Below, in pieces: positions 34,861-42,393 of a stretch of 64,000 bases of DNA. The notes under the pieces are model-generated. The model was given only the letters and a program-made list of their open reading frames with translations. It did not search any database and was not told the DNA's origin. Position numbers and translations under genes: made by a program. Each line of letters opens with the position of its first letter. Position 1 is the first letter of the stretch. The stretch comes from Betaproteobacteria bacterium (GTDB taxonomy: Bacteria > Pseudomonadota > Gammaproteobacteria > Burkholderiales > SG8-39), in contig JADJPT010000007.1 in the NCBI GenBank assembly GCA_016713125.1, positions 29,198 to 93,197 of the forward strand, written 5' to 3'.

Positions 34861-35304
34861 TCAGTGCATTTCACCGATGTCCTCGTTCCACAGCCCGGGG
34901 CGAGCGGCGATGAAGCCGCGCATCAGCGCGATGCAGGTCTCGTCCTGCACCACTTCGACCTCGACGCCGCGATCGCGCAGCAGCGCCTCCTCGCCCATGA
35001 AGCTGCGGTTCTCGCCGATCACCACCTTCGGGATGCCGTACAGCAGGATCGCACCGCTGCACATCGCGCAGGGCGACAGCGTGGTGTAGAGCACGCATTC
35101 CCGGTACACCTGCGCCGGCTGGCGTCCGGCGTTCTCGAAGGCGTCCATCTCGCCGTGCAGGATGGCGCTGCCCTTCTGCACCCGCCGGTTGCGGCCGCGG
35201 CCGATGATGCGGCCGGCGTGCACGATCACCGAGCCGATCGGGATGCCGCCCTCGGCCAGGCCGGCCTGCGCTTCGGCAATGGCGGCCTGCAGGAAAGCGG
35301 GCAT
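34861..35304 (-). CDS. FCY1-type (yeast-like) cytosine/nucleoside deaminase
   Basis: 147 aa. GGIPIGSVIV...RVQKGSAILHGEMDAFENAG...YTTLSPCAMCSGAILLYGIPKVVIGEN...WNEDIGE is near-collinear with yeast Fcy1. Confidence 0.7.
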   Translation of the reverse strand: MPAFLQAAIAEAQAGLAEGGIPIGSVIVHAGRIIGRGRNRRVQKGSAILHGEMDAFENAGRQPAQVYRECVLYTTLSPCAMCSGAILLYGIPKVVIGENRSFMGEEALLRDRGVEVEVVQDETCIALMRGFIAARPGLWNEDIGEMH

Positions 35305-35328
35305 GCGCGGGTTTCCGTCCGGCCGGCT

Positions 35329-36738
35329 TCAGTCCAGCCAGCCGATGCCGCTCTTGCCCGCGCCGAACGCGTCCAGCGTCACGTCGACGGTGCGGAACGG
35401 GGCGCGTGCGAAGCGCTCCTTCTCCTCGATGGGCACGGTGGCGTCGATGCCGACCTTGGCGCGGATGCCGTTGTCGCTGGCGCGCACGTACTCGTGGGTG
35501 CGCGCGCCGGGGATGATGAACAGGTCGCGAGAGGCCTCCATGCGCATGGCCAGCGCGTATTCGACGTCGTTGGGGTCCTGGATGTCGATGTCCTCGTCGA
35601 CGGCGATCACCAGGTCGAGGTCCTTCAGCGTGGCGAAGGCGGCGAGGATGGCGTTCCTCTGGAAGCCCTCCTGCATGGCGTTGGTCTTCTTCACCTTGAT
35701 CACGGCGTGGAAGCGGTGCAGGCCGCCGGCGGTCATCTCGACGTCCTGCACGATCGGCACGGCCGCCGACAGCGCCTTCATCAGGCTGGCTTCCATCACG
35801 TACTTGCGCAGCATGATGGTCTCGCGGCCCACGCCGTTGATGGCGTGGTAGATCGGCTGGTTGCGGTGGCACAGGGCGGTGACCTCGAAAATCGGCGCGT
35901 CGCCCTCGGGCGAGAGGTAGCCGACGAATTCGCCGAACGGGCCCTCGCGCACCACTTCGTTGGGCAGCAGCATGCCTTCGAGCACGATCTCGGTCTCGGC
36001 CGGGTAGTGGATCGGCTGGGTCTGCGCCTTGACCACCGGGATGGGTTCGCCGCGCAGGCCGCCGGCCACGGCCAGCTCGTCGGCCGATTCGGGCATCTGC
36101 GAGCCCATGGTCGCCGCCGTGTAGTGCACGGCCAGGTCGGTGCCGATGCACACGGCGATCGGCAGCGGCTTGCCCAGCTTCTGCGCGCGCTCGTAGGCGG
36201 CGCGCAGGTGGCGGCCGAAGTCGAGCTTGATCGCGGTGCGGTTGGGGCCAAGCAGCTGCAGGCGGTGGTAGGAGGCGTTGTAAACGCCGGTCTCCGGGTC
36301 CTGCACGACGATGATGCCGGCGGTGATGAAGCGGCCGTTGTCGCCGTCGGTGTGGCGCATGATGGGCAGGTCACGGCCGAGGTCAAACTCGCCCGGCTTC
36401 TTGACGTTCTCGTGCACCGGCGCCTTGGCCACCAGCACCGGCGGGATCGGGTTGCCGAAGGCGCGCGCGACGAAATCGCGGATGCCGCGGTAGTCGGTGC
36501 CGAACGCCGCCTCGCAGTTTTCCTTGCAGGAGATCAGGTTGCCGAGGATCGGCAGCGCGTGGCCCTTGACCTTGGGAAACAGCAGCGCCGGGCCGCCGTC
36601 GAGCTTCTTCATCATGCCGGCGACTTCGAATTCCGGGTTGGCGACGCCCGGGTAGGTGCGGATGCGGCCGGCGGCGTGCATGCGCTTGAGCGCGGCGCGG
36701 AAGCCGGTGTCGATGGCGATCTGGGTGCTGGCGTTCAT
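35329..36738 (-). CDS. UbiD-family (prFMN-dependent) decarboxylase
   Basis: 469 aa. ...RFITAGIIVVQDPETGVYNASYHRLQ...EGPFGEFVGYL... typical of UbiD-like (de)carboxylases. Confidence 0.8.
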   Translation of the reverse strand: MNASTQIAIDTGFRAALKRMHAAGRIRTYPGVANPEFEVAGMMKKLDGGPALLFPKVKGHALPILGNLISCKENCEAAFGTDYRGIRDFVARAFGNPIPPVLVAKAPVHENVKKPGEFDLGRDLPIMRHTDGDNGRFITAGIIVVQDPETGVYNASYHRLQLLGPNRTAIKLDFGRHLRAAYERAQKLGKPLPIAVCIGTDLAVHYTAATMGSQMPESADELAVAGGLRGEPIPVVKAQTQPIHYPAETEIVLEGMLLPNEVVREGPFGEFVGYLSPEGDAPIFEVTALCHRNQPIYHAINGVGRETIMLRKYVMEASLMKALSAAVPIVQDVEMTAGGLHRFHAVIKVKKTNAMQEGFQRNAILAAFATLKDLDLVIAVDEDIDIQDPNDVEYALAMRMEASRDLFIIPGARTHEYVRASDNGIRAKVGIDATVPIEEKERFARAPFRTVDVTLDAFGAGKSGIGWLD

Positions 36739-36776
36739 GGGGGTCTCCGAGGGCTCGCGGTTCTGGCTTGCTGTGC

Positions 36777-37739
36777 TTACTGTTCGATCTTGATGCCGGT
36801 CTGTTTCACGAAGTTACCCCACTTCTGGTTCTCCGCCTGCACGAATGCGCGAAACTGTTCCGGGGTGTCGCCGCCGGGCGCCGCGCCGATGTCGTCCATG
36901 CGCTTCTTCACCGCCGGGTCCTTGAAGCCCTCGCGCACCGCAGCCGCCACGCGGGCGAGGATCTCGGGCGGTGTGCCGGCCGGGGCGAACAGGCCGTTCC
37001 AGGAATCGACCGCGTAGCCGGGGATGCCGGACTCGCCCACGGTGGGCACCTCGGGGGACTGCGGGAAGCGCTTGGCGCTGGTCAGCGCCAGGGGGCGCAG
37101 CCGGCCCGAGCGCATGTGGCCCAGGGCGTCGGAGTAGTTGGCGAAGGTGATCTGCGCGTCGCCGGCGACGGCCGCGGCGGTGGCCGGGGCGCCGCCCTTG
37201 TAGGGCACGTAGACGATGTCGATGCCGGCCATGTGCTTGAAGATCTCGCCGCTGAACTGCGTCAGGCCGCCGACGCCGGCGAAGTTCAGCTTGCCGGGCT
37301 GCGCCTTGGCCAGCGCGATCAGTTCCCTGACGTTCTTGGCGGCCACCGCGGGATGCACCATCACCACCAGCGGGTTGGTGTTGATCAGGGTCACCGGCGC
37401 GAAGTCCTTCACGCCGTCGTAGCCGGTCTTCTGGATGAACTGCAGCAGCGTCTGCGGCGCGGCCGAACCCATCAGCAGGGTGTAGCCGTCCGGCGCGCTC
37501 TTGGCCACGAAATCGGTGGCGATGGCGCCGCCGGCGCCGGGCTTGTTCTCGACCAGCACGGGCTGGCCGAGAGCTTCCTGGATCTTGGGCGCGTTGATGC
37601 GCGTCACGCTGTCGGTGATGCCGCCGGGCGCGTACGGCACGATGATGCGCAGCGGCTTGGCCGGCCAGGCCTGGGCCGCGGCGGTGCCGGCGAAGGCCAG
37701 CGCGAGGAGGGCGGCGGGAAGGCGGTGAAGCAGTTTCAT
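36777..37739 (-). CDS. Bug-family TTT periplasmic binding protein
   Basis: ATG at 37739 (MKLLHRLPAALLALAFAGTAAAQAWPAKPLRIIVPYAPGGITD...). Confidence 0.8.
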   Translation of the reverse strand: MKLLHRLPAALLALAFAGTAAAQAWPAKPLRIIVPYAPGGITDSVTRINAPKIQEALGQPVLVENKPGAGGAIATDFVAKSAPDGYTLLMGSAAPQTLLQFIQKTGYDGVKDFAPVTLINTNPLVVMVHPAVAAKNVRELIALAKAQPGKLNFAGVGGLTQFSGEIFKHMAGIDIVYVPYKGGAPATAAAVAGDAQITFANYSDALGHMRSGRLRPLALTSAKRFPQSPEVPTVGESGIPGYAVDSWNGLFAPAGTPPEILARVAAAVREGFKDPAVKKRMDDIGAAPGGDTPEQFRAFVQAENQKWGNFVKQTGIKIEQ

Positions 37740-37817
37740 GTGCGGGCTCGCAGGGAAAAAAATTAGCTTGTTGACAAAGGTATTTGGCAAAGTCAAAGTA
37801 GCACCAATGGAGGATGC

Positions 37818-38485
37818 ATGACAAGGCCTTTGCCCAGGGTTTCGAAAACCCGCCGCGCCGCGCCCGCAGCACGCACCACGGCGGCGCGCCCCGGCATCGC
37901 GCGCACCATCGGGCGCACTGCGGCGGCGCGCGGCGCCGCGCGCGCGCCGCGCACCGTGTCGCGCGAGGCGCTGCTGGTCAACGGCTCGGACGCCGAGTTC
38001 CGCAACCTGGTGCACGACCTGCTGGCCTTCTCCCACATCCTGGGCGTGTGTCGCGACCGCTTCGGCGCGGTGATCGGCCTGACCGGCATCCAGTACGAGA
38101 TCGTGATGGCCGTGCGCCGCTTCCAGAAGGAGGGCGGCAAGGCCGGCGGCATGAGCGTCGGGCAGGCTGCGGCGCGGCTGCGGCGCTCCGGCGCCTTCAT
38201 CACCATCGAGGCCAACAAGCTGGCCGCCAAGGGCATCCTGGAGAAGTTCGAGGACCCGGCCGACGGCCGCCGGGTGCTGCTGAGGGTGTCGGCCAAGGGC
38301 GTCGAGCTGGTGCGCCAGCTGGCCGTCGTGCAGCAGCAGGTCAACGACGAACTGTTCGCCTGCCTGGATCACAAACGCTTCGAACTTCTGCGCACGCTGG
38401 CTGCCGAACTGGTGGCCTGCGGCGACCGCGCCAGCGCGCGCTGGTCGAGTACCTTTCCCGCGACGCGGAATCGCGCGCCGCCTGA
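37818..38485 (+). pseudogene. MarR-family transcriptional regulator, 3' frameshift as sequenced
   Basis: Winged helix (LTGIQYEIVMAVRRFQ...ITIEANKLAAKGILEKFEDPADGRRVLLRVSAKG). At ~38438 the frame shifts to ...LVEYLSRDAESRAA-TGA (38483-38485). Otherwise the ORF runs on for 861 aa into hpaB. Confidence 0.65.
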
Positions 38486-38527
38486 TCAACGCAGTTTCGG
38501 TTTCGGTTCCTTTTCTGGAGATATCAC

Positions 38528-38920
38528 ATGGCCATGCCCCCAAGCAGCACCTCGAGTTCATCGGCGTAGACATGAAGGAAGGCTGGGCGGTGCCGCCCGG
38601 CTATCCGCCCGGCTTCACGCAGAAGATCCTCGCCCAGGACATCGACGAGGTGAACAAGCGCGGCAGCCGCACCCGCCTGCTCAAGCTCGAGCCGGGCGCG
38701 TTCTCGACCGTGCCCTTCGTGCACGACCACTGGGAGGAGGTGTTCCTGGTGCAGGGCGACCTGATCTTCGGCAACGACGACGAAGGGCAGGGGCGGCCAG
38801 TCCTCGAACGCCTTCACCTACGCCTGCCGCCCGCCCGGCGTGTACCACGGCCCGTTCGCCTCCAAGGGCGGCTGCCTGCTGTACGAAATCCACTACTACG
38901 AAACCTCGGGCAAGAAGTAA
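38528..38920 (+). pseudogene. small cupin protein, two homopolymer frameshifts as sequenced
   Basis: ATG 38528 after GGAGAT. The C5 run at 38537-38541 appears one base short and the G4 run at 38790-38793 one base long. Corrected product: MAMPPKQHLEFIGVDMKEGW...HDHWEEVFLVQGDL...YHGPFASKGGCLLYEIHYYETSGKK. Confidence 0.6.
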
Positions 38921-38930
38921 GGAGAACGCC

Positions 38931-40403
38931 ATGCTGAAAACCGGCAAGGAGCACCTGGAGTCCCTGCGCGACGGGCGCGTGATCTACATCGGCCAGGAGA
39001 AGGTCACCGATGTCACCACGCACCCGGCGTTCCGCAACGCCGCGCAGACCATCGCCGACATGTACGACCTCAAGGCAGCTCCGGAGAACCGCGACGCCTA
39101 CAGCTTCGAGGAGAACGGCGAGCGGTTCATCAGCTACTTCCTGCGCGCGAAGACGCGCGAGGACCTGGTCAAGCGCACCAACCTGCACCGCGCCATCGCC
39201 GGCATGAAGCACGGACTGTGGGGCCGCTCGCCGGACCACGTCTCGGCCTTCGTCACCGGCATGTCGACCAACCCCTCGGTGTTCGGCCAGTACGCGGACA
39301 ACCTGCTCGCCTATTACGAGCACATGAGGAAGAACGACATCTACGCGACCTACGCGGTGATCCCGCCGCAGGCCGCGCGCAACCCGGAGTTCTACACCAA
39401 GGCCAACCTGCCGATCCCCACGCTGCGCGTGGTGCGCGAGGACGACGACGGCCTGGTGATCTCGGGCATGAAGATGCTGGCCACCGGCGCGGTGTTCGCC
39501 AACGAGATCTGGATCGGCAACCTGATCCCGCTGGCGCCCACCCAGCTGGCCGAGTCGATCACCTGCGCCGTGCCGGTGAACGCCAAGGGCCTCACGCTGT
39601 GGTCGAGGAAGCCCTTCGAGCGCGACGCGCAGGTCGAATTCGAGAACCCGCTGGCGCACCGCTTCGACGAGACCGACAGCATGGTCATGTGCCAGGAGGT
39701 CAAGGTGCCCTGGGAGAAGGTGTTCGTGCACAACGACGCCGTGCTGGCGCGCGAGATCTACATCAAGACCCCGGCGCACTGCTACGGCAACCACCAGTCG
39801 AACGTGCGCTTCCACACCAAGATGCAGCTGCTGGTGGGGCTGGCGTCGCGCATCACGCAGGCCTCGGGCGCCGACCAGATCCCGGCGGTCAAGGAGACCA
39901 TCGGCAGGCTGGCCGCGCTGGAGGCCACGCTGGGCGGCATGATCGCCGGGCAGATCCAGGACGCGGAGAACTGGCCGGAGGGCTACTGCACCTACAACCG
40001 GCGCTACATGTACGCGGCGCTCAACTGGTGCACCGAGGGCCACTCGGGAATCATCGACGTGATCCGCGAACTGTGCGGCGGCGGCGTGTTCCAGATGCCG
40101 GCCGACATCTCGGTGATGAACAACCCGGAGATGCGCCAGGAGTTCGAGACCTACTGGCAGACCCCGCAGTTGCAGGCGGTCGAGCGCATGAAGCTGTTCA
40201 AGCTCGCCTGGGACCTGATCGGCTCGGAGTTCGCCGGGCGCCACGCGCAGTACGAGAAGTTCTACGCCGGCGCCTCGTTCATCGTGCGCAACCACAACTA
40301 TCGCGAAGCGCCCTGGGAGCACTATCACCAGATCGTCGACGACCTGATGGCCAGCTACGGCTATCCGGGCCAGGTGGCGGTGCCGAAGAAGGCCGCCGCC
40401 TGA
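38931..40403 (+). CDS. 4-hydroxyphenylacetate 3-monooxygenase-family flavin-dependent oxygenase component (HpaB-like)
   Basis: AAGGAGA RBS. 490 aa. MLKTGKEHLESLRDGRVIYIGQEKVTDVTTHPAFRNAA... and the overall length are typical of HpaB/TC-FDM oxygenases. Confidence 0.75.
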   Translation: MLKTGKEHLESLRDGRVIYIGQEKVTDVTTHPAFRNAAQTIADMYDLKAAPENRDAYSFEENGERFISYFLRAKTREDLVKRTNLHRAIAGMKHGLWGRSPDHVSAFVTGMSTNPSVFGQYADNLLAYYEHMRKNDIYATYAVIPPQAARNPEFYTKANLPIPTLRVVREDDDGLVISGMKMLATGAVFANEIWIGNLIPLAPTQLAESITCAVPVNAKGLTLWSRKPFERDAQVEFENPLAHRFDETDSMVMCQEVKVPWEKVFVHNDAVLAREIYIKTPAHCYGNHQSNVRFHTKMQLLVGLASRITQASGADQIPAVKETIGRLAALEATLGGMIAGQIQDAENWPEGYCTYNRRYMYAALNWCTEGHSGIIDVIRELCGGGVFQMPADISVMNNPEMRQEFETYWQTPQLQAVERMKLFKLAWDLIGSEFAGRHAQYEKFYAGASFIVRNHNYREAPWEHYHQIVDDLMASYGYPGQVAVPKKAAA

Positions 40404-40465
40404 GCGTGGCCGGGCGTGTGCATTCTGCGCGCCCGCGCTTCCCGGCTTTCGCGTAGGATGCGCGC

Positions 40466-40750
40466 ATGAGCGGAGCCCACCCACCACCCTCCGGACCGCC
40501 CCCCGCAGCCCCCGGGGCGACCACCGGCAATGCCTCGATGGCGACGCGCGACGTCGCCGCACGCATCTACATCGAACTGGCCGCCAAGATGCCCTCGCCC
40601 GACAAGGCCGAGAGCCTCGCGCGGCTGGCCTTCAAGCTGGCCGATGTGTTCGCCGCCACCGAGAAGAAGATCAACGTCGAGAACGCCCCCAAGGTGGCTT
40701 CGTTCGACGACAACTTCTTCGACGAACTGGTCGACGGCAAGAAGTCCTAG
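40466..40750 (+). CDS. small hypothetical protein
   Basis: GC3 bias is convincing only from the internal ATG at 40538 (MATRDVAARIYIELAAKMPSPDKAESLARLAFKLADVF...), so the true start may be 40538. Confidence 0.45.
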   Translation: MSGAHPPPSGPPPAAPGATTGNASMATRDVAARIYIELAAKMPSPDKAESLARLAFKLADVFAATEKKINVENAPKVASFDDNFFDELVDGKKS

Positions 40751-40792
40751 CGGCGCGCCGCGCCGCGGCTCACCGCCGACTTCTCAGACTTC

Positions 40793-42034
40793 TCAGAAGC
40801 GTCCGGCGCGGAACGGCGCCAGGTCCACCTGCGGGCTGCGGCCGGCCACCAGGTGGGCGATCTCGCGCCCGGTGCTGGCGCCGCCGCACATGCCCACGTG
40901 TCCGTGGCCGAAAGCCAGCCAGGCGTTGTCGCTGCCCGGCGCGCGGCCGATCACCGGCAGGCTGTCGGGCAGGCAGGGGCGGTGGCCCATCCATTCGGTG
41001 GTGCGGCTGGCGTCCAGGTGCGGGAACAGTTCGCGGCCCTTGGCCAGCAGCACCCCGGCGCGCGCGTAGTTCGGCGCGGCCCTGAGGCCGGCGAATTCCA
41101 CCGAGCCGGCCAGGCGCAGGCCCATGGCCATCGGATTGATCATCAGGTTGTGTTCCAGCGCCATCACGGTGTGGCGCAGTTGCAGGTTGGTGCTCTGCAC
41201 GGTGACGTGGTAGCCGCGCTGGGTCTCCAGCGGGATCGACACGCCCAGTTGCGCGCACAGTTTTGCCGACCAGGCGCCGCCGGCCACCACCACGCCGTCG
41301 CATTCGAGTGTTTCTCCGCTGTCGAGTTCCAGCGCCGCGACGCGCGCGCCCCTGCGCACGAAGCCGGTGACGCCAGCCTTCACCTGCACCGCGCCGTCGC
41401 GCAGGGCCTGGGCGTGGAGGGCCTTGACCAGCCGCGAGGGATCCAGCGTCGAGCCATTGTCCGGGGCCAGCAGCCCGAAGCGGAACCTGCCGCGCAGGTC
41501 GGGTTCGAGTTCGACCAGTTCGTCCTCCTCGACATCGCGCAGATTCACGCCCAGGCTGCGGCGCAGGTCCATGCCCCATTGCCACTGGCGTGCAGACTCG
41601 CGCGAGCCGTACACGTACAGGCAGCCGGTGCGGCGCACCAGGTCCTGAGCCCCGGCGCGCTCGAGCAGCGGGCCGTAGGCCTCGAAGATCGGCGCCAGCA
41701 GGTTGCGCAGGGCGGTGGCGATGCGCACCACCTCGGCGCGTTGCGAATGGCCGACGAAGCGCGCCAGCCAGGGCGCCACCACCGGCAGGTACCACCAGCG
41801 GATGGTCAGCGGGCCGAGCGGATCTAGCAGCCAGGCCGGCGCCTTCTTCCACATGCCGGGCATGCCCACCGGCAGGCAGGCCGAGGGCGAGAGCGAGCCG
41901 GCGTTGCCGAACGAGCAGGCTTCGCCGGGCTCGCGCGGATCGACGAAGCTGATGCGGTGCCCGTCGCGCTGCAGCCAGGCCGCGCTGCACGTTCCGACGA
42001 TGCCGGTGCCGATGACCGCGATGTGCACGCTCAA
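40793..42034 (-). CDS. FAD-dependent oxidoreductase of the D-amino-acid dehydrogenase/oxidase (DadA/PuuB/PauB-like) family
   Basis: TTG at 42034 (or GTG at 42028), overlapping the ferredoxin stop. IAVIGTGIVGTCSAAWL dinucleotide fold. C-terminal AFGHGHVGMCGGASTGREIAHLVAG. Confidence 0.75.
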   Translation of the reverse strand: MSVHIAVIGTGIVGTCSAAWLQRDGHRISFVDPREPGEACSFGNAGSLSPSACLPVGMPGMWKKAPAWLLDPLGPLTIRWWYLPVVAPWLARFVGHSQRAEVVRIATALRNLLAPIFEAYGPLLERAGAQDLVRRTGCLYVYGSRESARQWQWGMDLRRSLGVNLRDVEEDELVELEPDLRGRFRFGLLAPDNGSTLDPSRLVKALHAQALRDGAVQVKAGVTGFVRRGARVAALELDSGETLECDGVVVAGGAWSAKLCAQLGVSIPLETQRGYHVTVQSTNLQLRHTVMALEHNLMINPMAMGLRLAGSVEFAGLRAAPNYARAGVLLAKGRELFPHLDASRTTEWMGHRPCLPDSLPVIGRAPGSDNAWLAFGHGHVGMCGGASTGREIAHLVAGRSPQVDLAPFRAGRF

Positions 42035-42357
42035 CCCACCTGCCGCTCGGGCACCTGCACGACCAGGCCGTCGAGTTCCGCGCCGACCACGATCTGGCAG
42101 GCGAGCCGGCTGTTGGGGCGTTGCTCGGCGGCGACGAAGCCCAGCATGTCGATTTCGTCGTCGTGGGCCGGCGGCATCTTCACGAACCAGGCCGGCTCGA
42201 TGTAGACATGGCAGGTGGCGCAGGACAGGCAGCCGCCGCATTCGGCGTCGATGCCTTTCACGTCGTTGGCGATGGCCGCCTGCATCACGCTGGAACCCGC
42301 CGGGGCGTCGACGGTCCGGCGCTGCCGGTCGGGAAGTACGAATGTCACCTGGGGCAT
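42031..42357 (-). CDS. [2Fe-2S] ferredoxin, adrenodoxin/putidaredoxin type
   Basis: 108 aa. ECGGCLSCATCHVYI...RLACQI cysteine pattern. Confidence 0.85.
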   Translation of the reverse strand: MPQVTFVLPDRQRRTVDAPAGSSVMQAAIANDVKGIDAECGGCLSCATCHVYIEPAWFVKMPPAHDDEIDMLGFVAAEQRPNSRLACQIVVGAELDGLVVQVPERQVG

Positions 42358-42393
42358 CGATGGATCCTGGGAAATGTGAACACTTTGAACCTT

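Noticed and set aside
37818-40403. Apparent 861-aa MarR-...-HpaB fusion ORF. Analogous multi-gene ORFs: 60627..63659 (PdxH'-kinase'-enolase), 59788..62790, 45434..49027, 40793..43930 and 25955..27733.
   Set aside because: The joining segments are out-of-frame read-through of neighbouring genes. Each component has its own start and RBS. The true stops are found in another frame once a single homopolymer indel is corrected, or they are simply upstream read-through of an ORF whose real start is internal. This differs from boxC-boxB, where no alternative stop exists.
40778-40795. Tandem duplication GACTTCTCA x2 that duplicates the stop codon of the DAO-like gene.
   Set aside because: A trivial 9-bp duplication with no functional inference beyond a back-up stop codon.
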